A DNA stretch of 64,000 nucleotides from Nymphaea colorata (lineage: Eukaryota). A program made the position numbers and the translations under genes. This document shows, piece by piece, positions 14,301 through 27,740 of this stretch. Position 1 is the first letter of the stretch, and each line of letters starts with the position of its first letter. The stretch is from the NCBI RefSeq assembly GCF_008831285.2, contig NC_045138.2:31434001-31498000 (forward strand), written 5' to 3'. The notes under the pieces were generated by a model that had not been told where the DNA came from, ran no database searches, and saw only the letters and a program-made list of their open reading frames with translations.

Positions 14301-15421
14301 TGCTTTGCTGATTGATACCTTGGCCACTATGCATCAGCCCATGTTGGACCATTTCGCATTTCTATCTAAAGTTCATTAACAAACAATTTTTAAAATATTT
14401 AACAAAATAAAGAAACATAAATTTTTAATTCCCATATCCGCCAACAACATCTGAGTTTGTGGCTGATATGATGTGCATCAACTGATACAGCCGAGCCAAA
14501 TCCGATATTGGGCATGTCTGATGCATTAAAAGTGAACAATTTTTTTCTCCGGCAATTCAATGAAAGATCACCAGCAATGGTAAGCTCCGCAAAGACAAGA
14601 CAAGCAACATAATATTTTGGAAGCGTCTGCAACGCCCTTTCTTTTCCTGCAAAACCAGTTTATGAACATGTTCACTATAATCCAAATCTCAGAAATGTAT
14701 ATAAATTTGCACCACTGCTTTTGATGAAGGGATGTCTACCTTGTATATCTCTTGAACAATTTTGAAACTTTGATTTGGAACTTTGCTAGCTTCAGAAACC
14801 CTACAAATTTCATGAGCTTACCGCTTCATGATCCAATGATCTAATGGCTGCTTCTTCCAAACACCACCGCCTCTTATGTAGCTAGGCACATTCATATGGT
14901 CAGGAGCCAAGAAAAAATGATAAAATATCAAAGAAAGAGGTCTGCACTCTATGTCTGCGAGTTGAATTTTGTCCATTCAAAAAAAAAAGTGAAAACCTTT
15001 TGTTTCTGCAGCAAAACTTCTCTCTCTCTTTCTCTCTTCCTTTTATCTATCGAAAAATTAGTAAATACCAGAATACTTAAGTAAAAGACAAAAACAAGAC
15101 CTAATAAATCATTATTAAGATATTTTTAATGCAGTCTAATCTTATGGATGTGATTTTAAAAGTGGTTTGATGATGAACATGCATTAAGTTATTCATTTTT
15201 TAACTTTCATTATGTTTGTTTAATAATAAAAAATTAATGGCTCTTATAGCATCCAAATTTAGAATAGTAAAAAAATCAAAAAAAATTAGATAAATAACTT
15301 GAATTAGAACATAATTTACATTGAATTATTGTTTATGAACACATTAAGACGTTCACATTTTTTATAATATTTTTAATTCAAAATTAAGTGGCTTACTTTA
15401 GTGGTTTGATATTTACCAATT

Positions 15422-15465
<44 letters not shown>

Positions 15466-15506
15466 GATATATATATATATATATATAGATATATATATAT
15501 ATATAT
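15422..15506. repeat. Compound (CT)n(TA)n microsatellite
   Basis: CT run followed by TA run with two GA interruptions. Confidence 0.9.
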
Positions 15507-18500
15507 CTTCAAATTACACATTAGCTATCAATTATTTTGTTGACTATCAAAAAGACAGAAGAATGAAGCCAATTATGAGGGATATAATGCACTACAGATG
15601 CTGCGTGATTATTACTTTTCAATTGGACGTATTCTACTTCTTTTCAAAAGGAACTTAATTTTTTAAAAAAGAAAAAGAAGAAAGAAGCTCGAGAATCTGA
15701 GACTAAAATTGCAGGAAGCTTCCCCCAACACACAGACACACACGCACACGTATGTAGAAGCCAAAGGCCATACTGTAAAATGCCATTTTATAATAAATAT
15801 GGTCAAATAACAGCAGCATTCAGTAAAAATCGATGGCAGCAATGCCAAGTGGAAGGTGTCTACACGAGAAGAAAAGTCAGGCCTTACCTTCCGGCCAACT
15901 TTTTCTTCTTCTTCTTCTTTTTTCTTTAAAAGTATGAAAATTTTTTAAAAGATTCTGAAAAATAAACTACCTCTATTTTCAATTTGGTAGCTCAAGAAAA
16001 TAATGAAAAGTAGTTTTTTTTCTTTTCGTTTGAGGCATCTAAGGAGGGTACTTTCGTCATTTAAGATAGTCGCACACAGCTCAAGAACAGCTAAGGTGAT
16101 CAACAAGAAGTCAGCATCCCATGAAGACCCGTCGGCTCCTTCATCCGTAAATGACAGAAACGCCCTCAGCATTCGTGTTATTGCCCATGTGGGTCCGGGT
16201 AGTAAGTGATCCACAGCTCAGATCCAATGAGCTGGACATTTACATCTCCCATTTCCTTGCCAAACCCATGCAGACGGACAGATAGCACCAACGCCCACGT
16301 ACGCCTACGCATCGTGGACCCGAATTCCTTAAATCCAGTGGGCCCGAACCCGAAACTCATCCCCCACGAGCCCTTGATCCAAATCTCTCCGGGTCTTCCA
16401 ACATTCAGATATCCACTGAAACACCGGTTCTCCCGTCTGTATCTGGATCATCAGATCCAGATCAGTTACGTAATCAGAGCATGCCATCTGTATGCATGAT
16501 ATGCCATCCACATGCATTGTATGTCCATATAACCATCATTGGTGGTGCACACATGAGGATGCCGTGGGTCCCACATTCAGATGGTTCTGGATCCTCGACT
16601 TAGGCCGGGGGCGAATGGAAGTCGACAAGGAAAAAAAAAAAGGGATGGCTCTCCAAATCGGCTCGGCTCGGCGCAAGTTAAACTCGTAGATCCATTTTGC
16701 CTGCAACTGGACAAGATTTGGTCCAAACTTGGAGCTTTTAGTCCGATCCACCTGCCCAATTTGAGTTTGATTCAGATCCAGATTTAACCCGATTTGCTCG
16801 ACTCCGTGTCCTGTCAGTCGCCACAATGAAGACCTTCCTCAAGCATCCAACCAAAGAATAACTTGTTGAATTCGAATCACATGCTCCATCAGATCAAATC
16901 ATACATCCAAGTGGTGGATATGGGATTGCCAACTCTTGGTTTTCTCATCGGATCAGGGAAATTTTAGTTCTTGGTCCCGCCGTTTCAACACACGCAATTG
17001 GATGTGATCTGGATGAGATCCGGATCCATTTCCATTGAGGGGACCTCTTTTTTCACCTTTTCTGGATCAAAATGCTAGAAGTTGGGACCATTATGAGTGA
17101 GATTTGTTATTCCTTGCTTCGTTAGCTTACTGGACCACAATATCGGTTTGGGTCCACTTTCCAACAACCCTAGTAGGTTCGCCATAAGCACCATTATCCG
17201 CTGCTTAGTGAATCGGACCCATGACGTGCATCCGGGTCCACGATAGGACACAGGATCCATGACTCAAATTGCTCTGCATATTTTTGCAGTATATTAATTA
17301 CAATACAATTTCCTTTTATTTGGCAAATTTTTTGCAAAGAAAAACGCTTCATGCTTCGAAATTTTGGATGGGAGTCCAAGTTTGTTTGGTAACTATGTTA
17401 TTATTATATACACCATGTAAAGTTCGGTACTTCTTTTAACATTTTATTTCTGAGAAATTTTCAAAGACGCACTTAAACCTTTGAATTGTTAAAACACATC
17501 CAAATTTTGCATCCTTCATAATATCAATCTTCCATCCAATTAAACTCTGGATTGCCACTGTCTTAAGCATGGATCATATGACAAAATGACTAAAAGACCC
17601 TCGATAACCATGAAAGATATGAGGCGTACGCTCAACAATATAAACAATTCAGAGTCTTTCCAGTTATAGTAAAATATTTATGTGCATTTTTTAATTTTTT
17701 TCTTCATTTTTTATAATTATTGGTTTTTAAAGAAAACATGCATATATATATATATATATATATATAGGGTGTCGGTGGCATCGCTGGAGCTTGCATAGAT
17801 GTCTCTAGAAAGGATCATCGAGGTGAAAAAGAAGGACAGTGAAAATTGTACCAACCACTGGCGGGACGAAATGTAGAGGAAAATATTTGAACAGTCACAC
17901 ACCCCACAATTCTTCTTCATTTACTCCAAAAGATGGCCTTTTTCTTCCTTTACTTAAAGCAACCTCGAGTTTGCTGATCTCCTATTGTAACTTGGAAAAT
18001 TTTATTAAGTAAAAAGAAATATAACCCGATTCCGGCCATAAAAAGTCATTGCGGATAAAGTCTCTCGGAAAATTTTTTCCTTGGTTTGGGATTTAAAGAA
18101 CATGGAAAAGATTTGAAGAATTCTCCACTAGAGGAAGTAATTCTCAGGAAGAAAATGTCTACGAAGAGATTCCCTTGGCGGACTTACACCCCAAGTTTTG
18201 GACCTAACTTTGGGAGGGAATTTCTCCCGTGGTCACGGTCAGATCAGGAGGATCTATTCCATCCTTGACTTGATTGTCACCAAATGGAAGGATACTTTGT
18301 CTCTTCTTGTGTATGTATTCTTTTGTTCCTCGAAGATGTTTTTTTTTTTTTTTAATTCTTTTTGGAGTCCAAAATTTGTAGGTCGAATCCGGATATGGAT
18401 TGTGAATGATCGGATCTAGATCCAATTGGTAGCGGGTTTTGGATCGTAGGCCCATGAGAATCGGATTATAGGAAACCGATTGGGTCGGTTATGGGTTACA

Positions 18501-20319
18501 ACTTTTGGAATTCAAGTCCTTTTTAGCTTGCTGAGAACAGGCAATGAAACAAACCGATGGGTCCCCATGTTTTGGATCCTTATCTAGATCCACATCCGAG
18601 TCCTTATCATGACGTTACCAGCCGCCATATGGGTCCAAAGTTTAATCTTATCGTCTCAATAACAAGCTGACACAGATAAATGGGTCCCCGCCTTGGACCT
18701 CCCACCAGGATCCAGATTTGGATTCTTGAAATAGGACACTTTGCAATCGGTCTTTAACCAGATCTTGTTTTCCCAACCTATTGTTCAACTTTTGTATCGG
18801 TTCTTGAACTTTTATTTTGGATATGAGAATGGTATCACGAGTTAGTTGTTGACAACCGGTTCCTGATTCCAAGAATTAGTTGGATCTAGGCTTGAACACG
18901 AGCTAATTCGAGTTATCAATCCCAATTCAATCAGCTGTTAGTTCGTAAATCTAAATTGGATTTTATTTCTTCATTAGATTTTTTTTTTCATATCGGACTT
19001 TCTTAAGAAATTTGGTCAGTTAACTGACCCAAATATGATTCATTGACATCCCTAACCGATTTAGAGTTTCTGGACAATGAGGTCCAATCTGATCCAGAAT
19101 CCAGTAAACTGGGTTCGAATTCTGTCATTGATTGGATCTGGATAATCCGATCCGGGCCTCAGAGACTGCAAAGTACATGAACGTGGACACGAACATGCAC
19201 GCTTCCTAATTTTGATATGTTCAGTAATTTTATAAATAGATTTTTCCGGAATTGAAAAAATTACCGGGTCAGGTTGTCCGTACAACTGCCCCTGCAGATC
19301 CAGTAGGACGGGGGGCATATCTGTCAGTAAAGAAAGTCAAACCCCATTCGACCGTCCAGCTCTCTCCCGAGCCGCTAAGCCGCGGCTTCCGTCAATCCAG
19401 CGAAGCCGTGGGGCCCAACATTTATTCATTCCAAGGACGGTCTCTACCCTCCCGCCTTTCCCGGTTCCGACCAAATTTTTAATTTTCCTCATTGCCTTTT
19501 TTTTTTTTAGTTTTATCAGAAATAGGTTTTCATAAAAGGCCCCTTCCCCCTTTTCTCCGTGAACTGCCGCCAAAAGTCGATTTTTTCATTCCTTATATTT
19601 TTTAATTTAAGAAACATATTTACAATGGGTTCTGTATTACAAAATTCGTGGCCATTGCCATGATTTAATATGTTATTTTTTTGAACTACAAATTATTTGA
19701 ACACAAATTGTGTGAACTTTAGACGCAAAAGACACAAGAGAAGGATTATAAAGTTTCTTAACACTTAACAGTAAACATAAAAATCAATTTTTAAGAATTT
19801 GCAATATTTTTTATTGAGGCCGAAAATGAATGGAACTAGAAACGAGAAAATGCAACGAAATCGAATCTAATCTTTTAAAAATTAACAACAATTCGTACTA
19901 ACTTTAACTCCAATTTTCATCCAAATTTAATAAGTCCGTATGAATTTCACACCTTTCAATAGCCGCTTTGCTTCTTTACCCCTAGCGGCTAGCACTCCTC
20001 AACTCTTTGTACTTTTTTTTAAAAAAAAATCATTAATGATCATCAAGTTGCGAATCCATTCAAAACAAACTTTTATTTTATTTTATTTATTTTTTTACAA
20101 TCTAGGGCGACAAATAAAGAACAAGTTAAATAATCAAAAGAAGAAAAAGCGAAAAGCTTTACTTGTTCTCCGTCACGCCGACGAGTAAGAAGGGGGGCAG
20201 TTTGCAAATCAAAAAGATTTGGCGCATACATTTATGAAGAAAAAAGATCGGGTGGTGATTTGAGTATTCAGCAACAGAAAAGTCCACCACCATTAAAATA
20301 TAATAATTTTTTGGACGAC

Positions 20320-20745
20320 GACCGAGCACATGGGGTCTTCCTACTTCCCGACGTACCGCCACGTGTGCGTGCGTGCACCGGCGTAGCCGGTTTTAGCGCG
20401 TTACTCTCTGCCGTGTGGGACGCGGCTGCCGCCAGGTGGGGCCGTTCCGTCGGTCAGACACCGATACCGATACGTCGCTGCGAAACAAAAAACGGTACAC
20501 AATGGAACCGTTTTTTCTGACGAGTTCGACCGGGACCCTCCTCGGTCTTTTACTTGAGTTCCCCATCGAACGCGTTTGAGAGTCGTTACGACTCGCCGAG
20601 TTCCTGGGGGGAACGGACAACGTGGGCGGTACGCCGGTGGGGAAGCGGCCGGAGCACGGGCGCCGACAGTCCAGGCGGCAGGCAACGGACGTAGGAGGTG
20701 GGCCCCGTTCACGTGCAGGGGCTCCAGAACTGGGACCCACAAACT
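20320..20745. promoter_or_regulatory. CpG/GC-rich non-coding patch ~1.7 kb upstream of the LRX gene, with G-box cores and TCP-type sites
   Basis: Abrupt GC/CpG enrichment relative to flanks; CACGTG near 20360 and 20710; GTGGGGCC 20436, GTGGGCCC 20698, GGACCCAC 20733; overlapping ORFs resemble no protein I recognise. Confidence 0.45.
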
Positions 20746-22372
20746 TACATGAAAATCTCTTGCCATTCATTTTCTCTCTCTAAAAATGGCGAGGAAGGGG
20801 CGGCCACCACCACGGCCATGAATGCCATGAATGCATGCATCAGGAGAGAGCGGCATCGGCATCGGCATCGGCATCCCCTGGTTAGGTTAAACTTAACTAT
20901 GGTTAAGCCCCTTTGTGTTGGGGCTTATGCCTATGGGGACCTTCACCTAACCCTTATGTATATATGAGTATTAACTATTAAATTAATAAAAAATGGCTGC
21001 CAAGATTAAAATTCTTCATTGTTTTATTTTTCTTTTTTCTTTTTAATCATAGAAAATAAAAATGTAGACACCAGGCCGCTTAAATGAATTGCAACTGTCT
21101 TCCACTCAAAACTATCACAAGACAAATTTCTTTCAAGTTGAATTTTGAAGGGAGAGTTTTCAACGCTGCCATGAAATATTGAACTCTTAACGTTCTTTAG
21201 CGTAATGGGCGGAGGAGCTTTAACAAATTTTTATTTTTATTTGAAGAGTCTAAATTAAGGCCCAGCACCGGGCTACTGTCGGGTACCCGGAACTCAGCTC
21301 GACTCGACTATCGGCTCGACTACCGGATATTAAGAATCCATAATCACCATAACCATCCAAGAAACTTAGCTCCTTGGATTTGAAATCTACTCAAACATAG
21401 ATTTAAAAGAAAATAAGCCCAATCTAAAAGCAGGACAAGAGGTTTGATTGAAACTTCCGCCTACAACTGGATGGTGGGTCTCTCGAGCTCAAATTCAAGT
21501 GGAACCACTTCTCAAATGTCTTTCGTGAACAAATAAAAAGTCATGAATGGTGTGAAAATGGATTTGAAGCCAAAATTTGGACCATGGAAACCAGCTTGGT
21601 TGGTGCATTCAACCATGTTTCCAAGAAAAAAAGAAAAACCCTAAAAATGGGGTGTGGACAAAGAAGAAGCAGAAGCAGCCAAAAGGGGAGAGCATCCTTT
21701 ATCAACACCGCCATCAAGAACATGGATGGGGAAGAAGAGGAAAGAATGAGAGTTAAATTGAGCTAACTAGGGTTTGACACAGTAAACAAAACCGGCAGCG
21801 GTTTCGCAAAAGGTTGTTTTCCATTGGTGGGTCCCACACCTTCTTCCACCTCCAAACGCGGTTTTCGAAATCCCTCCTCCCCAACTTCGCTTCTGCGCCT
21901 CGTGTGGGGGGCAAATGCCCACCCATTCCCCTCCTCCGGCCATCGCCGGCCCTACCGGCCCTTCCCCTTCTTGCAAAAGCAGGAAGAGAATAAATTTCAA
22001 ATACGAAACCTAATTTCTGCCCATATAATAATCACGCCAGCAAATTACGTCTAGGGAGAGAAAAGAAAGAGATCGGATAGCATCTGCTCGTTATAAAGAC
22101 GACACAACTCACAGCTGCAAGAGACATGAGAGAGAGAGAGAGTCGACATAGAGAGAGAAACTAGAGAGAGAGAGTGGCATTTTTTTTTTCCCTTCTTTTT
22201 TTTTGAGCTGGGTTTTGGCTGGCTGTGATGTTACTCGTCGCCACCACTCTCCTCTGTCTCTAAAAACACCAAAAAGCCAGAGAACCAGACATCTCCCTCT
22301 CTCCCTTCTTCTCTCTCTCTCTCTCTCTCTCCTTCTGTCTGTGTCTCCCCCTCCCCATCCCCAAATGGTTCC

Positions 22373-24867
22373 ATGTCTCTCTCTGCAAGCCATGCCTCCA
22401 TCATGAGAAGATCAAAAATGCACCACCATCTCCCATTTTTCCTCTTCTTCTTCGTCTTCCTCCTCATTTCCCCTGGCTTTTCCACCGCCACTCTTCCTGC
22501 TGATGGGGAAAATGAGGTAGATTCACAGGAGGGGGAAGGCAGGTGTGAGGCCATATGGGTCGACCCTTCCTTCCATTTCGAGAACCCGAGGCTCAGGAGC
22601 GCTTACATTGCCCTCCAAGCATGGAAGAAGGCCATCTTCTCCGACCCACTCAACCTCACAGGTAACTGGGTCGGCCCCCATGTGTGCAACTACACCAGCG
22701 TCTTCTGCTCCCCATCTCTCCACGACCCAAACCTCACGGTGGTGGCCGGCGTCGACCTCAACCATGGCGACATTGCCGGATATCTCCCTTCGGAACTCGG
22801 CCTGCTCGCGGATCTGGCCCTTTTACACATCAACTCCAACCGCTTCTGCGGCATCCTGCCGAAGACCTTCCGTAAGATGAAGGTCCTCTTCGAGCTGGAC
22901 ATCAGCAACAACAGGTTCTCCGGCAAGTTCCCCAAGGTGGTGCTGGATCTGCCGTCGTTGAAGTTCTTGGACATCAGGTTCAATGAGTTTGAAGGTTCGG
23001 TGCCCAGCAGGCTCTTTGACAGGCCTCTGGACGCCATTTTCATCAATAACAACAGGTTCAAATTCACGATCCCGTCCAATCTCGGCAACTCGCCTGTTTC
23101 CGTCATTGTTCTGGCGAACAATGGCTTCCATGGCTGTGTTCCCCGAAGCATTGTCAATATGGCGAACACGTTGAACGAGATCATCTTGATGAACAATGGG
23201 CTGAGCGCATGCTTGCCGTCGGAGTTCGGACTGCTGCATAGCCTGACGGTGCTGGATGTGAGCTATAACAAGCTGGTGGGGCCGCTGCCGGATACCCTGG
23301 CGGGGCTTCGCAACCTGGAGCAGCTGAACGTAGCGCACAACTTATTGTCTGGGAAGGTGCCGGAGAGCATCTGCGAGCTGCCGCATCTGAAGAACTTCAC
23401 CTTCTCTTACAACTTCTTCACCGGCGAGGCTCCGAGCTGCCTGTACCTTCCGGCGTTCGACGATCGTCGAAATTGCCTGCCCGACAGGCCGAAGCAGAGG
23501 CCTGTCAAGCAATGTAAGTCGTTCTTGTCACATCCTGTTGATTGCAACTCCTTCAAGTGCAGCCCTGCCCCACCTGTTCTTCCTCCACCACCACCACCGC
23601 CTCCTCCTCCTCCTCCTCCACCACCACCACCACCACCACCACCACCACCACCTCCTCCTCCTCCTCCTCCTCCACCACCTCCTCCTCCTCCCCCACCACC
23701 ATCTTATCCACAACCAACTCCATCCCCTACTCCTTCATATGGTAATCCTCCTCCGCCACCACCGCCACCGCCTCCACCTCCACCTCCCCCACCGTCAACA
23801 CCTCCTTCACAGCCACATCCACCTTCCCCACCGCCACCACCTCCTTCACAGCCACATCCACCTCCCCCACCGCCACCACCTCCTTCACAGCCACATCCAC
23901 CATATTGCGTCAGATCTCCACCACCACCTCCACCACCTCCCGTCTACTGCGTCAGACCTCCATCACCACCACCACCTCCCGTCTACTGCGTCAGATCTCC
24001 ACCACCACCCCCGCCTACGCAGTCTCCGCCTCCGCCAGTATATTCTTCCCCACCACCCCGCCCACGGAATCTCCGCCACCGCCTCCGCCAGTATATTCTT
24101 CCCCACCACCCCCGCCCACGCAATCTCCGCCACCGCCTCCGCCAGTATATTCTTCCCCACCACCCCCGCCTTCGCAATCTCCTCCACCGCCTCCACCTGT
24201 ACATTCTCCACCTCCGCCACCACCAGTCTACAGTTCCCCACCTCCACCACCATCGCAGTCACCGCCTCCGCCCTCAAGCCCACCTCCTCCACCGCCATTT
24301 TGCATTGAACCTCCACCACCGCCTCCACCGCCCTGCATAGAGCCTCCACCTCCTCCTCCTCCGCCTTGCATAGAGCCTCCACCATATCCATCTCCGGCAC
24401 CAGCACCCTACTCCATTCCACCATCTCTGTCCCCGCCATCACTAACACCACCGTCGCTACCACCATCTCTTCCTCCATCATTACCACCATCTCTGCCCCC
24501 GCCTTCATTACCGCCATCTCTGCCCCCGCCATCATTACCACCATCTCTGCCCCCGCCATCGTTACCACCGCCGTCGTTACCTCCATCTATTCCATCACCT
24601 GCACCTGCATCCGTCCCACCGCCGGAATATGTCACCCCTCCGCATCCCACGCCAGTGCTCCCCCCTCCATCAGCATCACCACCAAGCGAATACAGCCCAC
24701 CGGCTCCTCCAAGTGAGTATGCACCGCCACCAAAGCCTGGTTGCGAGACGCCAACACCACCTGCTCCGTATTCCATATCACCGGTGGCGCCACCTTCGTA
24801 CAGCGTTCCGCTCCCGCCGGTGAAGGGCTTCAATTATAGTTCGCCACCACCGCCTCCGTTCTATTGA
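22373..24867 (+). CDS. LRX: Leucine-rich repeat extensin (LRX3/4/5-like cell-wall protein), intronless; apparent 1-bp frameshift at 24056-24059
   Basis: Hydrophobic signal peptide (LPFFLFFFVFLLISPGFSTA), FENPRLRSAYIALQAWKKAIFSDP, VAGVDLNHGDIAGYLPSELGLL, LHINSNRFCG, LRR array, Cys-rich hinge (FDDRRNCLPDRPKQR..C..F..PVDC), SPPPP extensin domain. The 23905-24867 frame supplies the rest and ends in the typical YSSPPPPPFY*. Restoring one C gives 831 aa from the ATG at 22373; ATGs at 22403 or 22418 are alternative starts. Confidence 0.95.
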
Positions 24868-27450
24868 TTCTTTTGAGCATTCTTCAAGAGCAGCACATTT
24901 AATCGTTGCCGTCAAGCTGGATCCATGGCTGGTTTTTACAATTGTGATTCATTGATCCATGGTGTGAAGAGGAAAACAAAGATACTCTGTGGGCAACCTT
25001 GTTGCCTAATTGTCATTGATCCATTTAAGTAAGATTCAGTTTGTGTATCTTGAATCGCAGTTTCAGTTCTTTGTGTAAGAATTGTGTAACATGTGAGGCA
25101 GTGAAACAGGAGATAAGAAAGGTAGAAACAGTAGAGGGTCATTTATTTGAAAGATTGTGAATAAAGATTGGAGAGAGGGAGAGGGAGAGAGTGGGAGGGA
25201 AAGAGGGAGAGAGAGAGAGAGAGAGATCTTAGTTGCAGCCAAGGGATGTATAGTGGATCAAATTCATGGGGAGTGCTTCTGGTGTCTCTATCATACTTTG
25301 TTCCTATCGTTATAATATGATGATTACATATTTATTTGCATAAATTGAATGGTGGTTCTCTTTCTGTTGGTTTTCTTAATTGGTCTGATGTTGATATCTT
25401 ACCTTCTTATTCTCAAGTGTATGTGGATTATTGAAATGGTGATAAGACGGTAGCTACTTTGTTTTATTTATGAATGCTGAAATTTCCTCTTATGAATGCT
25501 TGATAATACGATAGAGACTCGCGAATTTGATTTCTTTTACACAGATCTGAGCACTGCTCCTGCATCTCCTGCGCTGTAAGTTCGGGCAGGATTATAATGT
25601 TGGTGATGGTTTCAGGCAAAACCTAGATGTTGCTGGCAGTGTCTCTGATCCTCTTTTTCTTTTTGGGCTTGTTGATGTTGGGAGATCTTGGTAAAGGTTA
25701 TTTCTAAGTTCTAGGTCGTGTGGAATCCATGGGCATACAAGCTAAGCTATCCCTTGTCTTTTATATTAGTTTTTCAGCTGAAGTCATTGAATGTGTTCAT
25801 GACTGAACCGATTGGCATCGATATACAATCTCATAGGTTCTTTGGTTGCCTGTGATGCGGGCGATTCTTGCAGAGTGAAGAAGCATCGGAGTGTGTGAAG
25901 AAAGGAAGACGGCAACATTAGACTTTGTGTGTAGCATCTCTTTCTTTTCCAAGTCTTATTTTTTTAGGACCGACTTTTACTGTTCTTGAAGACCTCATGT
26001 AGATCTTCAGGATTGACATTTGAACTTGGAAACCCTAGTCTGGAGGCAATTTTAAATGCAGAAACCTCCTTGATTGCATGTGGGTGGTTGCTTGCTCAAT
26101 GATTTCAATGCCCATTTGCTTGCACCTAAGGCCTAACTGTCTTGGGGATCTCTTCCTATTTTAGTTTCTTATAGTCCTATCCCATTACATTAAAAATATA
26201 AAGATCAGTGGCTTCTCAGAGCCGTTGATGCCGATGATTGGCAAGAGATGGACGGCTACCAAGATAAGGGTAGTTGGGTGCATGGACCCCTTCTCTACAC
26301 CGGTGGGCTCACGCAGCTTGTTCTCTGTCAGATCCATTATAGTTTTCTGTGTGGCACTGTTCTTATTTAAATTCAAAATCATTAACTTTTTTCCAAGCTT
26401 TGAATGAGCCTTTATCTAACATCGTCTTCTACCTACAGTTAATCCTGGAATTTACTATAGTTCAGGCCATACTTTACAGGCGATCTGGGTCCCGCCACTC
26501 ATGAAAATGTAAGATGGGTCTTCCAGTTTTGCAGTTAAAAAACTGGCAGGAGAGGTCTCCCTGGTGTTTACTGCAGCAGTAAAAAGAAAAAAGACAAGTT
26601 TGAATGAACTTTTTTTATCTGATATGGTTCTCCACCCACAGTTAAACCGGGAATTTCCTGGCTTACGCGCTTTTCAGGCAACCTGGTTCTCACTATAGGT
26701 GAAAGTGGTGGGTGGGCATTTCAGTTTTTTCAGCAGATCTATGTGCAGGTAAACTTGTTGGAGGAGGTCTCATGGTTTTTACTTTAACAGTAAAAGGTGA
26801 CAAGCTTAAGCAGAGAAGCCAGTAAGAATGGCAGCCAAGGGAAGAAAAAGATGAGGCCTTTCATTGTTGTGCATCTGAACACAGTGTATTTTTTCTGTCT
26901 GACAGGTGGGTATAGAGGAAAAGAAACAGGAAAAAAGAAAAAAAAAAGAAGAAGAAAAGAAAGGGTCCACAGCTCACTGTAGCCATGTGTGATGATCTTC
27001 AGTTATTGCCATGGATTTCTTCTTCATAGCTTCTGGTAGGACAAAAGCAGAAAACCCTAATGTTTGCATTTGACAGCACAACAAAATAGCTTGTTTTTTT
27101 CTCCCTGAGTGCATCCCATTTGGTTGCGATTAGATGATGACCCCTTTGGCCTACTGGCATGGGGCTGAGTTACCTGTTATGAGGGACCTTAAATGGTTAG
27201 ATATGGTTTTGGAATTTTCATTTTTTAACTTTATCGAATCTGATCTGATTTTCATCGTATTTCGATTATCAATTCGGATTGCTGTTTGCGATTGGGTGAC
27301 CGAGCCGTGCCGAGCCAAGCCTGAAATGTGAGTCAATGTGTGCCCGACCAAGGCCGGATCGAGCCATTTTTCGAGCTCTTTTTTCCGTTGATGGGAAGGT
27401 AGGTAAAGGGAAAACTTCCACCATTCTCGGCTGCATGTTAGCTAAAAGTC

Positions 27451-27740
27451 CATTGTCACAAAAATGTTACGGTAAAGTTGTATATCTCGAAAATAAAATG
27501 AGAAAATCTTGACAATTTTTTCAAAAATTTAAAACATTTAATAAACCTTAAAAATTATAAAAAATCATAAAAAATATGAAAAAATAGGGTATAATACACG
27601 TTTTTTCATGTTTTTTATTTTTTGACATTTTTTTAAAAAAGACGCATTTTGTACGAGTATTATATGGCTGATTATGTTTTGTTGTATTATACAAGTCTTT
27701 TTCCCAATTGAATGAGTGAACAAGTTTCCTCACCAAATGA
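27451..27740 (+). mobile_element. AT-rich dispersed repeat (MITE-like), homologous to 43445-43790
   Basis: Shared blocks GTAAAGTTGTATATCT, AAAAATTTAAAACATTTAATAAA, GTATAATACA and TTATAYGGCTGA in the same order at both loci. Confidence 0.55.

Noticed and set aside
20393..20770. 121-125-aa minus-strand ORFs in the CpG island
   Set aside because: Expected in GC-rich DNA; no recognisable motif or splice context.
24060..24340. Arg/His/Leu-rich C-terminus of the 655-aa ORF as a real domain
   Set aside because: It is the shifted reading of the extensin repeats after the missing C.
22523..24833. Overlapping and antisense ORFs on the LRX gene (His-, Thr-, Gly-, Trp/Arg-rich)
   Set aside because: Shadow frames of GC-rich LRR and CCN-repeat sequence.
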